A DNA stretch of 64,000 nt, from assembly GCF_000142905.1 (NCBI RefSeq), contig NW_013657651.1:310001-374000 (forward strand), written 5' to 3'. The DNA comes from Thecamonas trahens ATCC 50062 (taxonomy: Eukaryota; Protista; Apusomonadida). Shown in pieces: positions 12,442 through 23,555 of this stretch. A program made the position numbers and the translations under genes. How positions within the stretch are numbered: the stretch's first letter is position 1; each line of letters starts with the position of its first letter. The notes under the pieces are model-generated. The model was not told where the DNA came from. It searched no databases and saw nothing but the letters and a program-made list of their open reading frames with translations.

Positions 12442-12584
12442 TGGTCCCAATGGCGTGCGTCGAGGGAGAGACGGCGAGAGAGTGAGAGGGAGAGAGGAGT
12501 ATGCCCAATTGTCCACTTTTTCTCTCCACTCACAATCAATGGTGCATCAATCAATCACGTTCGGGCCTGTGGTGAAGCTACGAT

Positions 12585-12821
12585 GCATCAGGGCTTGCAT
12601 CAGGGCTTGCATCAGAGCTTGCATCAGGGCTTGCATCAGGGCCTGCAACAGTTCTTCCGTCCTTCTGCGTCAGGGCTTGTAGCAGGGTTTGCACCAAGGC
12701 CTGCACCAGAGCTTGCAAAAGGGCTTGCATCAGGGCTTGCATCAGGGCTTGCATCAGGGCTTGCACCAGACCTTACACCAGGGCTTGCATCAGGGCTTAC
12801 ACCAGACCTTGCATCAGGGCA
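12585..12821. repeat. 12-bp minisatellite (GCATCAGGGCTT)n
   Basis: Roughly 18 degenerate copies between divergent genes. Confidence 0.9.
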
Positions 12822-13050
12822 TGATCTGTGCAACACCCTCATCACTAGCACACCACCAGTAGGAATCGGGAAACGAGGGCTTGATGGCGGCTTCGATCGG
12901 GATTCGGTGGGGGTTCGATGGGGCAGCGCCGACAGCACTGACCTCATCAATGGCAAAACGAGTTTCCATCGAGTGGAGTGAGGGATTGACGGGCGGGGCT
13001 GGTGGAGGGGGGGGGTGACTGTAAGACTCGTCTGTGTTGGCAGCAAGGGC

Positions 13051-14280
13051 ATGGGCGACGAGGAGACGAGGCAGAGGAGGGCAAAGAGTGGCGGAGATGG
13101 GGGTGGTGTCCGTGGTGTGGTCTATATCACAGTCGGGGCACAGAACTCGGGCAAGTCGACGTACCTGGTCAACGAGATCGAGGGCGAGGTGACCGATGTG
13201 TGTCTGGATGACGTCAACGGGGTGTATGTGGCCAAGCCGTGGGACCAAGTTGATCCCGGGAGCCAGGCTATGGTCGTCATGCGTGCGCTGGAAGACGTAG
13301 TCGTGCACAACAGCGCATCGCTCGATGTTGCCGTTCTCCAGGACCAGATCGAGGCTACCATCGGCGGCAAGGGCGGACAGAAGCGCAAGGCTCGGCTGGC
13401 TAAGCTTGTGGTCGACGCCATTGCTGGGCTAAATGCTGTGGAGCGTGGGCTGACGGCTGAGAACAAGTCGGAGACCCATGCCGAGTTCCAGTTCCGCGCC
13501 ATCGGGCGCGCCATCCGCGAGAGCCACAGCCGGATGGAGGCGTTGATGGCCGAGGGGGTGAGCCCTTTGGCGTGGGGCAACACCAACGCCAAGCTCAAGG
13601 ACATGCGGAGCGTAGTGGCCATGGCTCGCGATGCGCAGTACGCCGTCGAGTTTGTGGTTCTCCCGCTGGTTGGCTCCGACGAGCTCATGACTCGCAACCT
13701 GCGCCGCATGTGGCTAACCGGCAAGTACATTCCGATCGAGGCCATCGACCGGACCGCCGCCGCCATCGAGCGCATGTTGGCCGGGGGCGAGCTGAGTGTG
13801 GATCGAGTCCTGGGTGGGGAGCAGGCTCCGCGTGCGAGTGCTGGCAAGGGGAAGGCCAGTGGCCGCAAGTCGAAGCGGGACATCTCCGTAGAGGTTCCGA
13901 CCCAGCCGGTGATACCTGCGGCGGCGCCGTTCTCAGGCTCGCCAGCCCGAACGCCGCACCCGATGTTTGGCCTTGGCGGCGGCGGGTGGTGGGCCGGTGG
14001 CGGATTGTGCGCGCCCGGTCGTGTGCTCCCTGTTCATTCTGTGGGCGTGACCGGGCAGGCGACGCCGCGGATGATCGGGCCTGGAATGCACTCGCCCGTG
14101 TGGGCGCCGATGCCGATGGCTATGCCGATGCCGGCAGCCTTCTCGCATGCGGGGCCAAGTTGGCCGAGTCCTGTCCCGCCACCTACCGCCCCGTGGGCCT
14201 TTACCGCCTTTCCCTACCCGGCCTACCGCGCCTCACCCGGTGCGCCGTTGTACGGCCACGGTGCTCCACGATGGAGCTGA
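13051..14280 (+). CDS. P-loop nucleotide kinase-like protein (AAA_33/PNK-like) with Pro-rich tail
   Basis: YITVGAQNSGKSTY Walker A; LAWGNTN; lid RNLRR..TGKYIP. Start codon uncertain. Confidence 0.65.
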   Translation: MGDEETRQRRAKSGGDGGGVRGVVYITVGAQNSGKSTYLVNEIEGEVTDVCLDDVNGVYVAKPWDQVDPGSQAMVVMRALEDVVVHNSASLDVAVLQDQIEATIGGKGGQKRKARLAKLVVDAIAGLNAVERGLTAENKSETHAEFQFRAIGRAIRESHSRMEALMAEGVSPLAWGNTNAKLKDMRSVVAMARDAQYAVEFVVLPLVGSDELMTRNLRRMWLTGKYIPIEAIDRTAAAIERMLAGGELSVDRVLGGEQAPRASAGKGKASGRKSKRDISVEVPTQPVIPAAAPFSGSPARTPHPMFGLGGGGWWAGGGLCAPGRVLPVHSVGVTGQATPRMIGPGMHSPVWAPMPMAMPMPAAFSHAGPSWPSPVPPPTAPWAFTAFPYPAYRASPGAPLYGHGAPRWS

Positions 14281-14473
14281 TGATGCAAAGTGCAATCCGG
14301 AGAGCAATGAAGACAATGACATGTGTGATTGAGGTGTTGGGCTGTGCCATCGGGCTGTGATCGGAATGAGGGGTGTGAGCGGGCGGACAAGCGGGGTGCG
14401 AGCGGGCGGACAGGCCGGGTGTGCAGACACCCGTCGCGCGGCCTGACTAGGCAGGGGGGCGGCCGTGTTAAGG

Positions 14474-15734
14474 ATGGACGACCTCGAGCTCAGCATTAAG
14501 ATTGTGGATGTGAAAAAGGGTTCTGGACCAACGGTAAGCGCGTGACATTGTATGAGTGTGGGTCGTGTGCCTGTAGCTAAGGTGACGTGGGTGGGTAGAG
14601 CGGCATGGCTCTCCATGGCTGCACCGGGAGGGGAAGGGGGAGAGGAAGCCGGCGTCGTTGGCAATTGCGACTTACCGAAGATCGACATGTGGCTCATGAA
14701 CGGTGACGGGTGACGGGACGGCGACGGCGGTGGCGGTGGCGGTGGCGGTGGCGGTGACGGGCGAGGGGGGATAGCGGTATGCCATTGAGGTGACCAACTC
14801 GACCGAGACATGGACGTTTCTGAGGCGATACTCGGAGCTGGCGGATCTCAACTCGGCGCTCAAGGCGGCTAAGATGACGGTGCCTGCGTTTCCGGGTAAG
14901 AAGCTCGGATTCGGCAACAAGTCTGATGGCTTTGTGGCCAAGCGGAGAGCAGGCTTGGAGGCGTATCTGGTGGGCCTGCTGCGGGTTGTGGGCATCCGCT
15001 CGAACGCTGCCTTTCGGGCGGCGATGGAGCTGGACAGCAAGTCACCCGACACGGTGGTGACTGCCAACGCCAAGGAGTCGTGGCTTGCGCTGTATCGGGC
15101 GCTGGTTGGAGGCTGTGACGAGATGGCCAGCCTGCTCGGGCAGATGCGGACAGCGAGCGCAAAGGGCCAGGACACTGAGCGGCTCAACACCAACCTGCGG
15201 GTCCGCATCAACCGGCTCGCCGAGGGCATTGCCACCCTCCGCACCGAGCTCGACTCGGGCAACCTGTCCATTACTGGCCGCGAGGCGATGCGCCGCAAGG
15301 ATCTGCTCTCGCAGCTTACCATCCGTAAGGCCGAGATGATCGAAGAGCTGCAGAGCGTGCGGGCGTCGGCCGGAGTCGGAGGCGCACCGCCGACATCTGG
15401 TGCCGCCGGGCGGTCGGCACTCTTTGCTGGTGCGTCGTCGTCGCGCAAGCCGCCGCCGACCAAGTGGGGCGTGGCCGGAGAAACCGAGGAGACGGTCGAT
15501 CTCGACAACCGCGACCTCATCAACCTGCAGAAGAAGATCATGGAGAACCAGGACCAAGGCCTGGACCAGCTCTCGGACATTATGGCGCGTCAAATCCAGC
15601 TGGCGAATGCCATCGGGCAAGAAGTGGACCACCAGAACCTCATGCTCGACCACCTGAACGACCACGTCGAGTCGACACAGGCCTCGATCGACCGCGAGAA
15701 CAAGAACATCATCAAGTTGAAGCGCAAGATCTAG
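14474..15734 (+). CDS. PX domain + Qc-SNARE without TMD (Vam7-like); exons 14474-14533 and 14775-15734
   Basis: GTAAGC...TAG intron keeps frame. PX motifs RRYSEL, VPAFPGK, FVAKRRAGLEAYL; SNARE QKKIMENQDQGLDQLS..IGQEVDHQNLMLDHL. Ends KLKRKI* with no TM segment. Confidence 0.85.
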
Positions 15735-16138
15735 TCGGCGTAGCCGCGCCGGAGGTGTGTCCGCTGGTGAAGACTCTTGTCATTGGCCAAGCAATGGCTC
15801 CCACCATGGGATAAAGGTTGGGAAAGAGAGAGTGTGTGTGTGTTTGGTGAGCCCTCGCGTGAGATGGTTTTCGAGATCTCTGATTCTCCCCTCCCCTCGC
15901 TCTCCCTCGTCACCCACACCGCCCTCCCTCTGCCCCCCCCCCTCCCCCGATCAGCTCCTCCTCCTCCTCCTCCGATCCGACGACTGATAGACTGGATGTG
16001 ATCTTGGCACGACGACGCCCACCATCACATCATCGAATTCGGATGCTCCCGGGGTGTACTGCCACCCGCCTGTGCCTGTGGCTGGTGGTGGCACTCCTTC
16101 ACCAGCGGGAGCGCACCCCACTTTTCTTTGCCGTCGTC

Positions 16139-18228
16139 ATGAAGGTCTCACGCAGCTGGCTTGTCCTGCTCATTCTTGGCACACTTCTTGCCACAACCAT
16201 TACACATGGCCTTGCAGCAAGCTCTGGTGGTAGCATGGAGGGTGATGACCAGTTGGACGAGTTTGACGAGGCTGCTGGTGCCGGGAGCGCCGGGGCCGAG
16301 GAGGTGCCTATCGATGACGTACGCGATTTTGATGCGATGCATGACGGGGATGGGGATGGGGATGGGGATGGGGATGGGGATGGGGATGGGGATGGGGATG
16401 GGGGATGGGGGATGGGGATGATGGGGGTGGGGATTCACTTGGGATGATATGGGATGGCTATATGGGGTGTGATGGTTGGGGCGGTCGTGATGGTGGCGGT
16501 GGCGGTGGTCGTGGTCGTGGTCGTTGCTGGTGGTCGTGGTCGTTGCTGGTGGTCGTGGTCGTGCTGGTGGTCGTGGTCGTGCTGGTGGTCGTGGTCGTGC
16601 TGGTGGTTGTGGTCGTGCTGGTGGTTGTGGTCGTCGCTGGCGATGACGATGGCCGTAACCATGGCGGCTTCTCACGGACACGGCTGTGGCTGGCGACTTG
16701 GGGGTCGGCGCGCGTGTAGTACAAGCCGATCACGTCGCTCTCGTCGTCAGTGATCATTTACGAGTCGTTTGACGGCGAGTGGGACGATCACTGGATCCAC
16801 TCGGCAACCGACGGTTACGAGGGCAAGTTCAAGGTGCTCGAGGCGCTGCATCTCGAGGGCGTGCGCGGCGACGTCCAGCTGACAATGCCCGAGCTGGCGA
16901 AGCGGTACGGCCTCTTTCAGCGGTTCGGCGCCCCGGTCGAGTTCTCGGGCGAGGCTGCAGTTCCGGCGCTAGTTGTTCAGTACGAGGTCCAGCTGCAGGA
17001 GGGTCTCTCGTGCGGCGGAGCGTACGTCAAGCTCATCTCGGCCGGCGAGGTTGCGGACGAGTTTGACGGGACCGAGCTCGACGGCGAGACGCCGTACTCA
17101 ATCATGTTCGGCCCTGACAAGTGTGGCACCGAGTCCAAGGTGCACTTTATCTTCCGGCACAAGAACCCGAAGACCGGGGTGTGGGAGGAGAAGCACATGA
17201 CCGATCGCCCGCTGGTCCGGGTCGACGAGGCCACGCACGCGTACACGCTCGTTGTCCGCAGCGACAACTCATTCGAGCTCCTCATCGACGGTGAGTCGGT
17301 CCGCTCCGGCTCGCTGCTCTCGTCCGACGACTTTGACCCGCCCATGCAGCTGCCCGAGGTCATCGACGACCCAACCGACTCCAAGCCCGCCGACTGGGTC
17401 GACGCCGAGACCATCGACGACCCCGAGGCCGAGCGTCCGGCCTGGGCCGACGCCGAGCCGTTCATTGCCGATCCCGACGATGTCAAGCCCGACGGATGGC
17501 TCGACGACGGGCCCGAGATGGTGCCGGACCCCGAGGCCGAGATGCCTGCCGACTGGGACGAGGAGGAGGACGGCGAGTGGGTGGCACCGCTCGTCCCCAA
17601 CCCGGTCTGCGACGAGGTTGGGTGTGGCCACTGGGCGCCACGCCAGATCTCCAACCCAGAGTACCAAGGCAAGTACACTCCGCCGCAGATCCCCAACCCG
17701 GCGTACAAGGGTCCGTGGAAGGCGCGCCAGATCCCGAACCCGGCCTACTACGGCGTCGTCTCGGACGCCTTTACCGAGCTCGCTCCCATTCATGGCCTTG
17801 CCTTTGAGCTCTGGACCATGTCGCCGGGTATTGCCTTTGACAACGTCCTCGTCTCGACCTCCGAGGCCGACGCCGCCACTGCTCGCTCGCTCGGCTGGCG
17901 GCCCAAGTATGACCGCCACGCCGAGCTCATTCGACGCGAGCTCGAGAAGCGCAAGCCCAAGTTCACCGACCAGGCCTCTGACGCCATGAACTACCTTCTC
18001 ACCATCGGCCTCGCCAACCCGCTCCTCGGCCTCGCCGTCGCCCTCGGCATCGTCCTCCTCCCGCTCCTCCTCTGCTGCCTCTGCTGCGCCGGCTCCGAGA
18101 CCCAGGAGTACGTCGTTGAGGAGTACTCGGACGATGAGGCCGACGACGACGATGACGACGGCAGCGATGCCGAGCCGCTCCCAAAGGCCTCGGGCTCTGT
18201 CTCGCGTCGTGCTCGCCGCAAGGACTAA
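16139..18228 (+). CDS. CANX: Calnexin; exons 16139-16318 and 16720-18228
   Basis: Signal peptide, LVVQYEV..CGGAYVKL, IMFGPDKCG, P-domain IDDP/KPADW and IPNPAYKG repeats, TM helix, Cys cluster, acidic tail, RARRKD end. Confidence 0.95.
16346..16640. repeat. Intronic simple repeats (GGGGAT)n and an 18-bp GGTCGT/GGT-rich repeat
   Basis: Directly visible inside the calnexin intron. Confidence 0.9.
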
Positions 18229-18429
18229 ACCATCAAACCTCTTCCCTGCCATCATCCGCTCATCTCGTAACAGAAAAAGAAACCTGTCGGTCCTGCCCAT
18301 CATTTGCCGCCGACTGCCGCCGACACCGCCGGCCGCCGCCGACTGCCGCCACACACACTCCTCCCCTCCCCTCCCCTCCCCTCCCCTCCCCTCCCCACCC
18401 CTACCCCCCCCCCCCCCCCCCCCTCCACC

Positions 18430-20075
18430 ATGGCGACAACAACAGTTGCAGGAGTGTGCGGGTGCGGGTGTGGAGAAATGGCAAGAGCTGGCTCGGGCAT
18501 GGATGAAGGAGAGGCACGCGAGGTGCATGGCAAGGTGTGGCGAAAGGCTTGCTTGGCGTGCAATAGTTGCGGCGTGGCGCTGTTGGGCAAGCCGTCTTTT
18601 TTCTGCAAGGAAAATTATTGTGTCCGGAACACTATGCTGCTGCTTATTGCGTCATTTGTGGCTCGTGCGGGGAGAACATTGTCGATGGCGATGTGGTCTC
18701 GGCGGACAACGCTTACTGGCATGCTGCCTGCTTTGTCTGTGCTGTTTGCAAGGTGCCACTGGCCCATGCAGAGTACGTCACCCATGGCCGCGATCAGTAC
18801 TGCCAGACCGACTTTGTGCGCCACTGCTGCTGTTTGCTCTGCTGGGACCCGCTGCCAGTCGGCATGCCGCAGGCCCAGCCGCGAGTCCACGACTCGTGCC
18901 TGGATCCACGCGAGGGTGATGCCCTCTCGGCGCACGTCGCGCTCTTCCGGTCGCTCATGGCCGAGATGCAAGAGGTCATCAGCGCCCGCGACATCGGCCG
19001 CATCTCGGACGCCACCGTCTACGTCGTCCGTATTGCCCACGGTATCCAGCAGCTCTGCGCACAGGCTGGCGTCGAGTACAACATCAAGGAGCCGTGCCTC
19101 AACATGCTTCGCCTCGTCAAGCCGTTTGTGGTGGCCTACGACCAGGCCTCACCGTCGCACATCGAGGCAGCGTGGTCAACGTGCTCCGCCCGTTCCACCG
19201 CGGTCACCCGCGCCGTCCGCACCGCGCTTGTTGCGGTCGAGGGAGTCCGCGAACAAGCAACTGGCGTTGGCGCTGGCGCTGGCACTGGTGCTGGCGCCGC
19301 ATCACAGCCGCCGTCGCCATCGCCGTCGCCGTCGCCGTCTGGAGCTGCGCCGCCGGTCCCACCCGCGCGGCCGACAGCGCCTCCGGTTCGACACCTCGTG
19401 GCGCTCCGCAATCCGCGGCGGCGCATGTCGTCCGAGCTCGACTCGCTGGTTGCCGCCGAGGCACTCGAGTCTTTGGATGACACAGAGGCGTCGGCAAGCT
19501 CGGCGCCGCCGCGGCCGCCGCCACGGTCGCGGCCGCCGGCAGCGGTGACGTCAATCCAGGCTGCGGCGGCACTGGCGGCCGCCACGCCTCCGGTCCTTGT
19601 CCCACCAGCGTCAGGCGATCTCGACGACCTAGTCGAGGTTGCCGCCGAGCTCGACGACATGCTCGGCTCGCTGTTTTGTTACAACCCGTCGGTCGACTTT
19701 GAGGAAGTCTCACGGGCGTCGCTGCAGCTCCTCGACCCGCCGTCGCCTCCGCTGGGTGCGCCGACGCTCCCACTGCCGCGGCGGCAGCGGTCGCGGATGG
19801 ATCCACTCCGCAGCTCGCGCGAACTCCTGCAGGCCGAACTCGAGCGCGAGTTGCAAGCGCTCGGCCTCTTGCCGTCGTCGTCCTCCGACGCGCAGCCACC
19901 ACCTGCGGTGCTTACCTCGACGAGCGACGCGCCTCCGCCGCCGGTTCCGCGGCGGCGGCCGAATCGGCTGATGGCTGCCAAGCGGCGGCGGCACCGCGCC
20001 AAGTCGCGGCGGGCCGTCATGGTCCCGCGCGAGCTCGCTGCTGCCGGAGAGGTGCCGGCCTTTCCACCCACATGA
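18430..20075 (+). CDS. LIM-domain protein with helical bundle, Pro-rich region and LD-like motifs; frame break at T6 18597-18602
   Basis: LIM1 (degenerate, WRKAC..C..C...LLCPEHY) is completed only by adding one T. LIM2 is canonical: CGSC...WHAACFVCAVC...YCQTDF. Confidence 0.8.
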
Positions 20076-20102
20076 GTGGCGAGGCAACTGTACCAGGTGT
20101 TA

Positions 20103-21393
20103 TTAGATGAGGGGAGCGCGCACGGCGTTGGCCTTTTCGCGGCGGACGTTGTCGATCGACATCTGAGTCCGGGCAATGTCGTCGACGTTGGCCAGACCGC
20201 CGAGCTCGAGCGTCTCCTTGCATTCGACAAGGGCGGCCTCTGCGCCGTCGTAGTCGCCAAGCGCGAGCTTGATGCGGGCGAGGTCCGAGAGCGTGCCCGG
20301 CAGGTCCGGGTGCGAGCGCCCGGTCGCGCCCTTGAGGGTCTTGACGGCGTCGTCCAGCAGCGTCGCCGCCGTCGCCATGTCCTCTGTCTTGGAGTGGAAG
20401 CGGGCGAGGTGGATGAGAGCCATGGCGTACTCCACCGGCCCGCCGAGCTCGGCCGGCAGCTCGGCCGCCATGTCGCGAGCCTGCTCAAAGAGATCGCGGG
20501 CGCGGTCCAGCTCGACGCCCTGCTCCAAGAGGCACACCGCGAGACCGTCGAGGTACTTGCGGGCGGCGTAGCCGAGCTCACCAGCGCCCTCCGCGAGCGC
20601 CGTCTCGTACAACTCCTGCGCCTTGGCGTACTGGCCCATCTCGATGTAAATCGCAGCCAGCGGCTGGTACGCCTGGTGGAAGACCACACCAAGGCGAGTC
20701 TCCAGCTCGACAAGCCGCTCAAAGGCCGCCACAGCTAGCAGCGGTTGGCCAGAGTGCCCGTACGAGAGGCCGAGCTTAAACAGCGTTGCCGCCCGCTCCT
20801 TGCACACCGACGTCTGATACACCTTCTCTTGCACATTGAGCAGGGTCTTGAGCGCAAGCGCCGCGTCCTCGTGCTTGCCTCGCCGAGTGTAGAACAGCGC
20901 CATGTTCTCCAGCACCACCGCCTGGTGCTCATAGTCCAGCTCTCGCGACGCCTGATCCTCGGCAATCTTCATCTTGGCCAGGTCGGCCTCATCCCACGAG
21001 TCCACCACCTCTAGGTCCGTCTCTACCCGCAGCAGCCGCCTCCGCTAACCCCTCCCTCCCGCCGCGACAACGACCGCCCCGACAACCATCACCATAGCCA
21101 TCACAACGAGAGCCATCACAACCACAACCACGGCAACGCATGCACTCCATGAGTCACCTTCCCCTGTACGTCCCCCCCCCCTCCTCTATCCTCCCCCCGC
21201 CCACCTCTCGTCTCTCGTCGTCTGCGACTTGGCGCCAAAGCGCGACAAGGCGAACGGCTGGTGGCACAAAGCAGAGCAGCCCACGGCCACGTACCTTGGA
21301 CTGGCGCCAGAGGAAGATGGCCACACCGGTGACCGCACCCAGGCCCACTCCGGCCACAATCCACTGCTTGGTCTTTTGGCTAAGCGACGACAT
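20103..21393 (-). CDS. N-terminal signal-anchored TPR protein; exons 21393-21295 and 21044-20103
   Basis: Exon 1 ends WIVAGVGLGAVTGVAIFLWRQSK|GTACGT; a TAG acceptor gives in-frame RRRLLRVETDL. KLC-type TPRs (HPDLPGTLSDLARI). Confidence 0.75.
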
Positions 21394-21657
21394 CTAGTAG
21401 GAGAGGTGGCGCCGCCCGTGTCCGTGCCCGTGCCCGTCCTTGTGTGTCACGTATGGTGGGTTTTGATCACGATCGCGATCGCGATGGCGATCGCGGCAGC
21501 GATCAGACGCTCGTTGTGCGCCCTTCTTCGGCAGACCTTCCATGGCGTCGTCTGGCTCCCTCCTCCGAAACCTTACACCACATCACCTCACCCCCACCGT
21601 CATCACAGACCGGTCGCGTATAACGCCTGCTACGTGATACGTCTGCCTGGGGATATT

Positions 21658-22077
21658 ATGTCTGCCCTTGACCCTCGGTTTACCCACACCATGCCCGACC
21701 GGCCCGGCGACGTGGGAGTCAATGACTCGTTGGCAATGTACAACGGTTTGGACCCGTCCTTGTTCGAGACGTCGTCGTCGAAGAGAAGACGGCGGAAGAC
21801 CAAGACAGCATCGGCAGCAGCATCATCGTCACCTCATCGGCGGAAGAAGGCCACAGCACTCAACTCTGCTGACCTCTCCACACATCCTCATCCCCTACCG
21901 GTCTCCGCGCCCATCTTCACCTCGCCACTGACGGCGGGCGTCATCGGCGTCGTCCCCGACTCGTCTCCCTTTGTCACTTACGTCGCAAACGACAGCCTGC
22001 CAACCTCGGCGGCCTCCTCTGGCGTCGCTTCTCCGTCCGACCGCGACGGCGGTGTGCAGTCGATGGCTATCGAGTGA
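21658..22077 (+). CDS. Hypothetical protein or exon (basic patch SKRRRRKTK)
   Basis: Coding-like codon usage only; no domain recognised. Confidence 0.35.
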   Translation: MSALDPRFTHTMPDRPGDVGVNDSLAMYNGLDPSLFETSSSKRRRRKTKTASAAASSSPHRRKKATALNSADLSTHPHPLPVSAPIFTSPLTAGVIGVVPDSSPFVTYVANDSLPTSAASSGVASPSDRDGGVQSMAIE

Positions 22078-23157
22078 TGGCGACTCTCCCTTTTGGCGCT
22101 CGAAGGCGTGGCTGAGCTCACCTAGCCCCACCATTCCACTTGATGTAGTCAAGTCGTCATCGCGGCCATGATTGTCCCCCTCCCCCCCCCCAACATCCAG
22201 TAGTCGTGCGGATGATCTTATACTCCGCTCACTCCTCCCCCCCCCCCCCCCCGCCCCTCGCGCCCCTACCCGCATCTTCCATCCTTCATGTCCTCTGACG
22301 ACAAACTCTACGCTACCTGCGTACCCTAATGAACTCATTCGTTCACCAAGCGCTCTGCCCACTGCCGACTGCCCGCTGCCCTTGCTGCCCGTCGCCCGTC
22401 GCCCGTCGCCCGCTGCCCTTGCTGCCCGTCGCCGGCCCGCACCCCGTCCCCCACCCCACTGCTCCATCCCTTGCCCTCTCCTCCCTCTCTCATCCGGGTC
22501 ACCATGCCTCACACTCCCCCAGGTAGCCCCGGACCCACCACCCCACCCCGCAAGTCGTCGTACGCATCCCCCCTCCCCCCCCCCCCCGATCCATGAACTA
22601 ATTACGCCCGTGGGGAAGACCACCCATAGAATCCCGGCGCGGGACCACCCTCTCAAAAAAGGAACCGCCAAACAGCTAAAGACTCCTCCCACTGTGGGGG
22701 CAGCAGCCCTTCCACTCCACCACACATGTATCCTGGACGAGGCCCGCATCGGAATACGCAACAAAAGTTGCTCGATTGTTTCGAAATATTCTCTCACATC
22801 ACGCGGCTAACGTAAAGAATGCTACAGTATGCAATACTTTCTTCCTGATCCCGCCTGGTNNNNNNNNNNNNNNNNNNNNNNNNNNNNNNNNNNNNNNNNN
22901 NNNNNNNNNNNNNNNNNNNNNNNNNNNNNNNNNNNNNNNNNNNNNNNNNNNNNNNNNNNNNNNNNNNNNNNNNNNNNNNNNNNNNNNNNNNNNNNNNNNN
23001 NNNNNNNNTCCGTGCCGGACTGATCTTATACTCCGCTCCACCCCTCCCTCCCCCCCCCACCACCTCCTCACTCACTCCCTCCGCCGTCCGCCCTCCCCCA
23101 ACATCAAGATCACCCAAACGACGGAACACACCATCGCCGCAAGTGGCTCGCGAACGG

Positions 23158-23518
23158 ATGGACAAACTCAAAAACGATCTGCAGCGGATGAAGCACTTGA
23201 TGGGCGAAGCGAGCAAACGTGCCGATCGGCTCTGTGAAGAGCTGCCCGATACTCCGGCCACGCCACTGATGCCCCATGCTGCCGCAACTGGCTCTGCTAC
23301 GGGTACGGGTACTGGAGCCAAGATGGGCTCGTCGGTGTCTACAACGTTCTCAAACGAGCCGAGTCCGTCGCCGCGCCTGCCTGGCCCGGCGCATGCCGTC
23401 TTCACGCCGGAAGTCTCCCGCAAAGCCCGTGCAAAAGCTGCGCAGCGAGAGGCAATGGTGGCAACGGCGGTGATAGAGCCGACAGATCGGTTCTTGCAAC
23501 AGGTTTGGCGTCATCATT

Positions 23519-23555
<37 letters not shown>

